DNA of 64,000 nt from positions 190,612 to 254,611 of the forward strand of contig VRVR01000030.1 in NCBI GenBank assembly GCA_009859145.1, read 5' to 3'. A program made the translations under genes and the position numbers. Positions 62,617-64,000 of this stretch are shown in pieces. This DNA is from Andalucia godoyi And28 (taxonomy: Eukaryota; Protista; Jakobida). Below the pieces are notes generated by a model that searched no databases, had not been told where the DNA came from, and saw nothing but the letters and a program-made list of their open reading frames with translations. Positions within the stretch are counted from its first letter, which is position 1; the number at the start of each line of letters is the position of its first letter.

Positions 62617-63891
62617 TTAGTCGAACGTAACCCTTTGGTTCTGGGCAGGTGCGCGCGAGTCGAATCCACCTCGGGCACGGTTGAATCCACCACCACGTCC
62701 ACCGAAGCCGCCACGGTCGCCTCCGCGTCCGCCAAATCCACCTCCGCGTCCACCACCGAATCCGCCACCACGTCCGCCACGGTCGCCTCCGCGTCCGCCA
62801 AATCCACCTCCGCGTCCACCGCCGAATCCGCCTCCGCGTCCGCCAAATCCACCTCCTCGGCCTCCGAATCCGCCTCCGCGTCCACCGCCAAATCCACCAC
62901 GTCCAGCAGCCGGGCGGTCGTTTGCGCCATTCACCTTGAGCTCACGGTTACGGAAAACAGCTCCGTTGCAGTTTGCAATTGCGGCATCAGCCTCTTCCTT
63001 GGACTGGAAGGCAACAAATGCCATTCCGCGGAAGTTTCCGGTCTCCTTGTCCTTGACAAACATGACACGCTCAATAGACGCACCACCACGAGTCAGCAAG
63101 GCAGTCAGTTCCTCCTTGTATGAATCCTCGCTCTCGCTGCGGTCAAAGAATGGCAAGTTTCCAACGAAAACCTCCTTTGCCTTCTCTGCATCACGGTTGT
63201 TGAACGGAGCGCTCTCTCCGTTTCCACCCTCGAAACGCGGCTTGGATGAGTTGGTCTTGTTTGCTCCACCGGCTTCCGAGTTGCAGCGAAGCGGGTATTG
63301 CCGACCCTTATACTCGAGCTCGAATCCATTGAGCTTGTTGGTGATCTGGTCTGCAGTCTCTTGATCGTCCACGTCAACAAACGCGGCGCGCTTGAACTCG
63401 CTGGTTGCATTGTCGAACAACAAACGGACATCCTGAATTTTTGCAAACTCCACAAGCGTCTCCACCTGCGATCGAATGGCCTCCATATCAAAGTCATCGC
63501 GCCACTGATGCGGCAAGTTTCCGATAAAAACAGTATAGCGCATTCCATCGCTGCGAGCCTTCTTCGCAGGTCGCTGCTCCTCTTCTGCCTCTTCTGCTGC
63601 TTCTTCTTCCTCCTCCTTCTCATACTCTACCTCGGCAGCTTCCTCTTCCTCAGACTCGGACTCCTCCTTCTTGCTCTTCTTCTTGGAATCCTTCTTCGGC
63701 TTGACTTCCTCAACAGCCTCATCCTCAGACTCGTTCTTCTTCTTCGACTCCTTCTTCTCCTTCTTCTCCGACTTATCCTTGGACTTGTCCTTCTTCTCAG
63801 ACTTGTCCTTCTTCTCCGACTTGTCCTTCTTCACAACGGTCTCGACTTCCTCAGTCGACTCGACGTCCTCAGGCTTGGTTCTCTTGGGCAT
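62617..63891 (-). CDS. Nucleolin/Nsr1/Gar2-like protein (acidic-basic head, two RRMs, RGG tail)
   Basis: RNP motifs VFIGNLP/FKRAAFVDV and VFVGNLP/FRGMAFVAF, with a GAR/RGG C-terminus. Confidence 0.9.
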   Translation of the reverse strand: MPKRTKPEDVESTEEVETVVKKDKSEKKDKSEKKDKSKDKSEKKEKKESKKKNESEDEAVEEVKPKKDSKKKSKKEESESEEEEAAEVEYEKEEEEEAAEEAEEEQRPAKKARSDGMRYTVFIGNLPHQWRDDFDMEAIRSQVETLVEFAKIQDVRLLFDNATSEFKRAAFVDVDDQETADQITNKLNGFELEYKGRQYPLRCNSEAGGANKTNSSKPRFEGGNGESAPFNNRDAEKAKEVFVGNLPFFDRSESEDSYKEELTALLTRGGASIERVMFVKDKETGNFRGMAFVAFQSKEEADAAIANCNGAVFRNRELKVNGANDRPAAGRGGFGGGRGGGFGGRGGGFGGRGGGFGGGRGGGFGGRGGDRGGRGGGFGGGRGGGFGGRGGDRGGFGGRGGGFNRARGGFDSRAPAQNQRVTFD

Positions 63892-63957
63892 GGCGAATAA
63901 GACTCAAGACTCGTATATGCAAAACGTTAACAAAATAAAAGATTGCAATATGAAACA

Positions 63958-64000
63958 GAAAACAAAAACAAAAACAAAAACAAAAACAAAAACAAAAACA
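63958..64000. repeat. (CAAAAA)n hexamer tract upstream of the nucleolin-like gene
   Basis: Perfect repeats to the window edge; similar tracts occur at about 37160-37220 and 39488-39548. Confidence 0.9.

Noticed and set aside
62517-63900. Long plus-strand ORFs and shifted-frame ORFs over the nucleolin-like gene
   Set aside because: They are antisense or frame shadows of low-complexity RGG and acidic repeats. The minus-strand RRM protein explains the region. The same applies to the many shadow ORFs over PDI, gapN, PDK and PPP2R3C.
1-64000. Alternative genetic code, tRNA or rRNA genes
   Set aside because: Conserved genes end at TAA, TAG or TGA in expected positions with no in-frame stops. No cloverleaf or rRNA signature was found by eye, although tRNAscan-SE and Infernal were not run.

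Overview
This is gene-dense nuclear DNA from a unicellular eukaryote. It uses the standard genetic code, is intron-poor, and has only a few 5'-proximal GT-AG introns that I could see. The gene set implies aerobic mitochondria (NDUFA5, PDK, mitochondrial-type KsgA/TFB1M), a spliceosome (SmE) and probably flagella or basal bodies (SF-assemblin-like, TSNAXIP1-like, PPP2R3C). The species cannot be identified from this window. About 30 protein-coding genes are supported, including GH125 mannosidase, FAF2/UBX, TPRA1-like 7TM, a tandem CCCH zinc-finger protein, a STE20 kinase, an AKAP7-like 2H phosphoesterase, RAE1, a bacterial-type GapN/ALDH, an NlpC/P60-like protein, PDI, Rheb, WDR70, CARNMT1 and a nucleolin-like protein. 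There is one decayed Ty1/copia LTR element (13957-17390) and an inverted dispersed duplicate of a KIX-like gene fragment. The most notable signal is a family of four intergenic Fanzor (eukaryotic TnpB, Fanzor2-like) relics at about 24.1-24.85 kb (-), 24.9-25.13 kb (+), 31.9-32.2 kb (-) and 39.7-40.1 kb (-). All four have broken or internally deleted nuclease ORFs but keep a structured omegaRNA-like 3' region (GCAA and UUCG tetraloop hairpins and a closing stem). Two share distinct left-end and right-end motifs and look like non-autonomous, guide-RNA-carrying elements. No rRNA, tRNA or CRISPR array was recognised. All family assignments come from motif recognition by eye; no database search was run.
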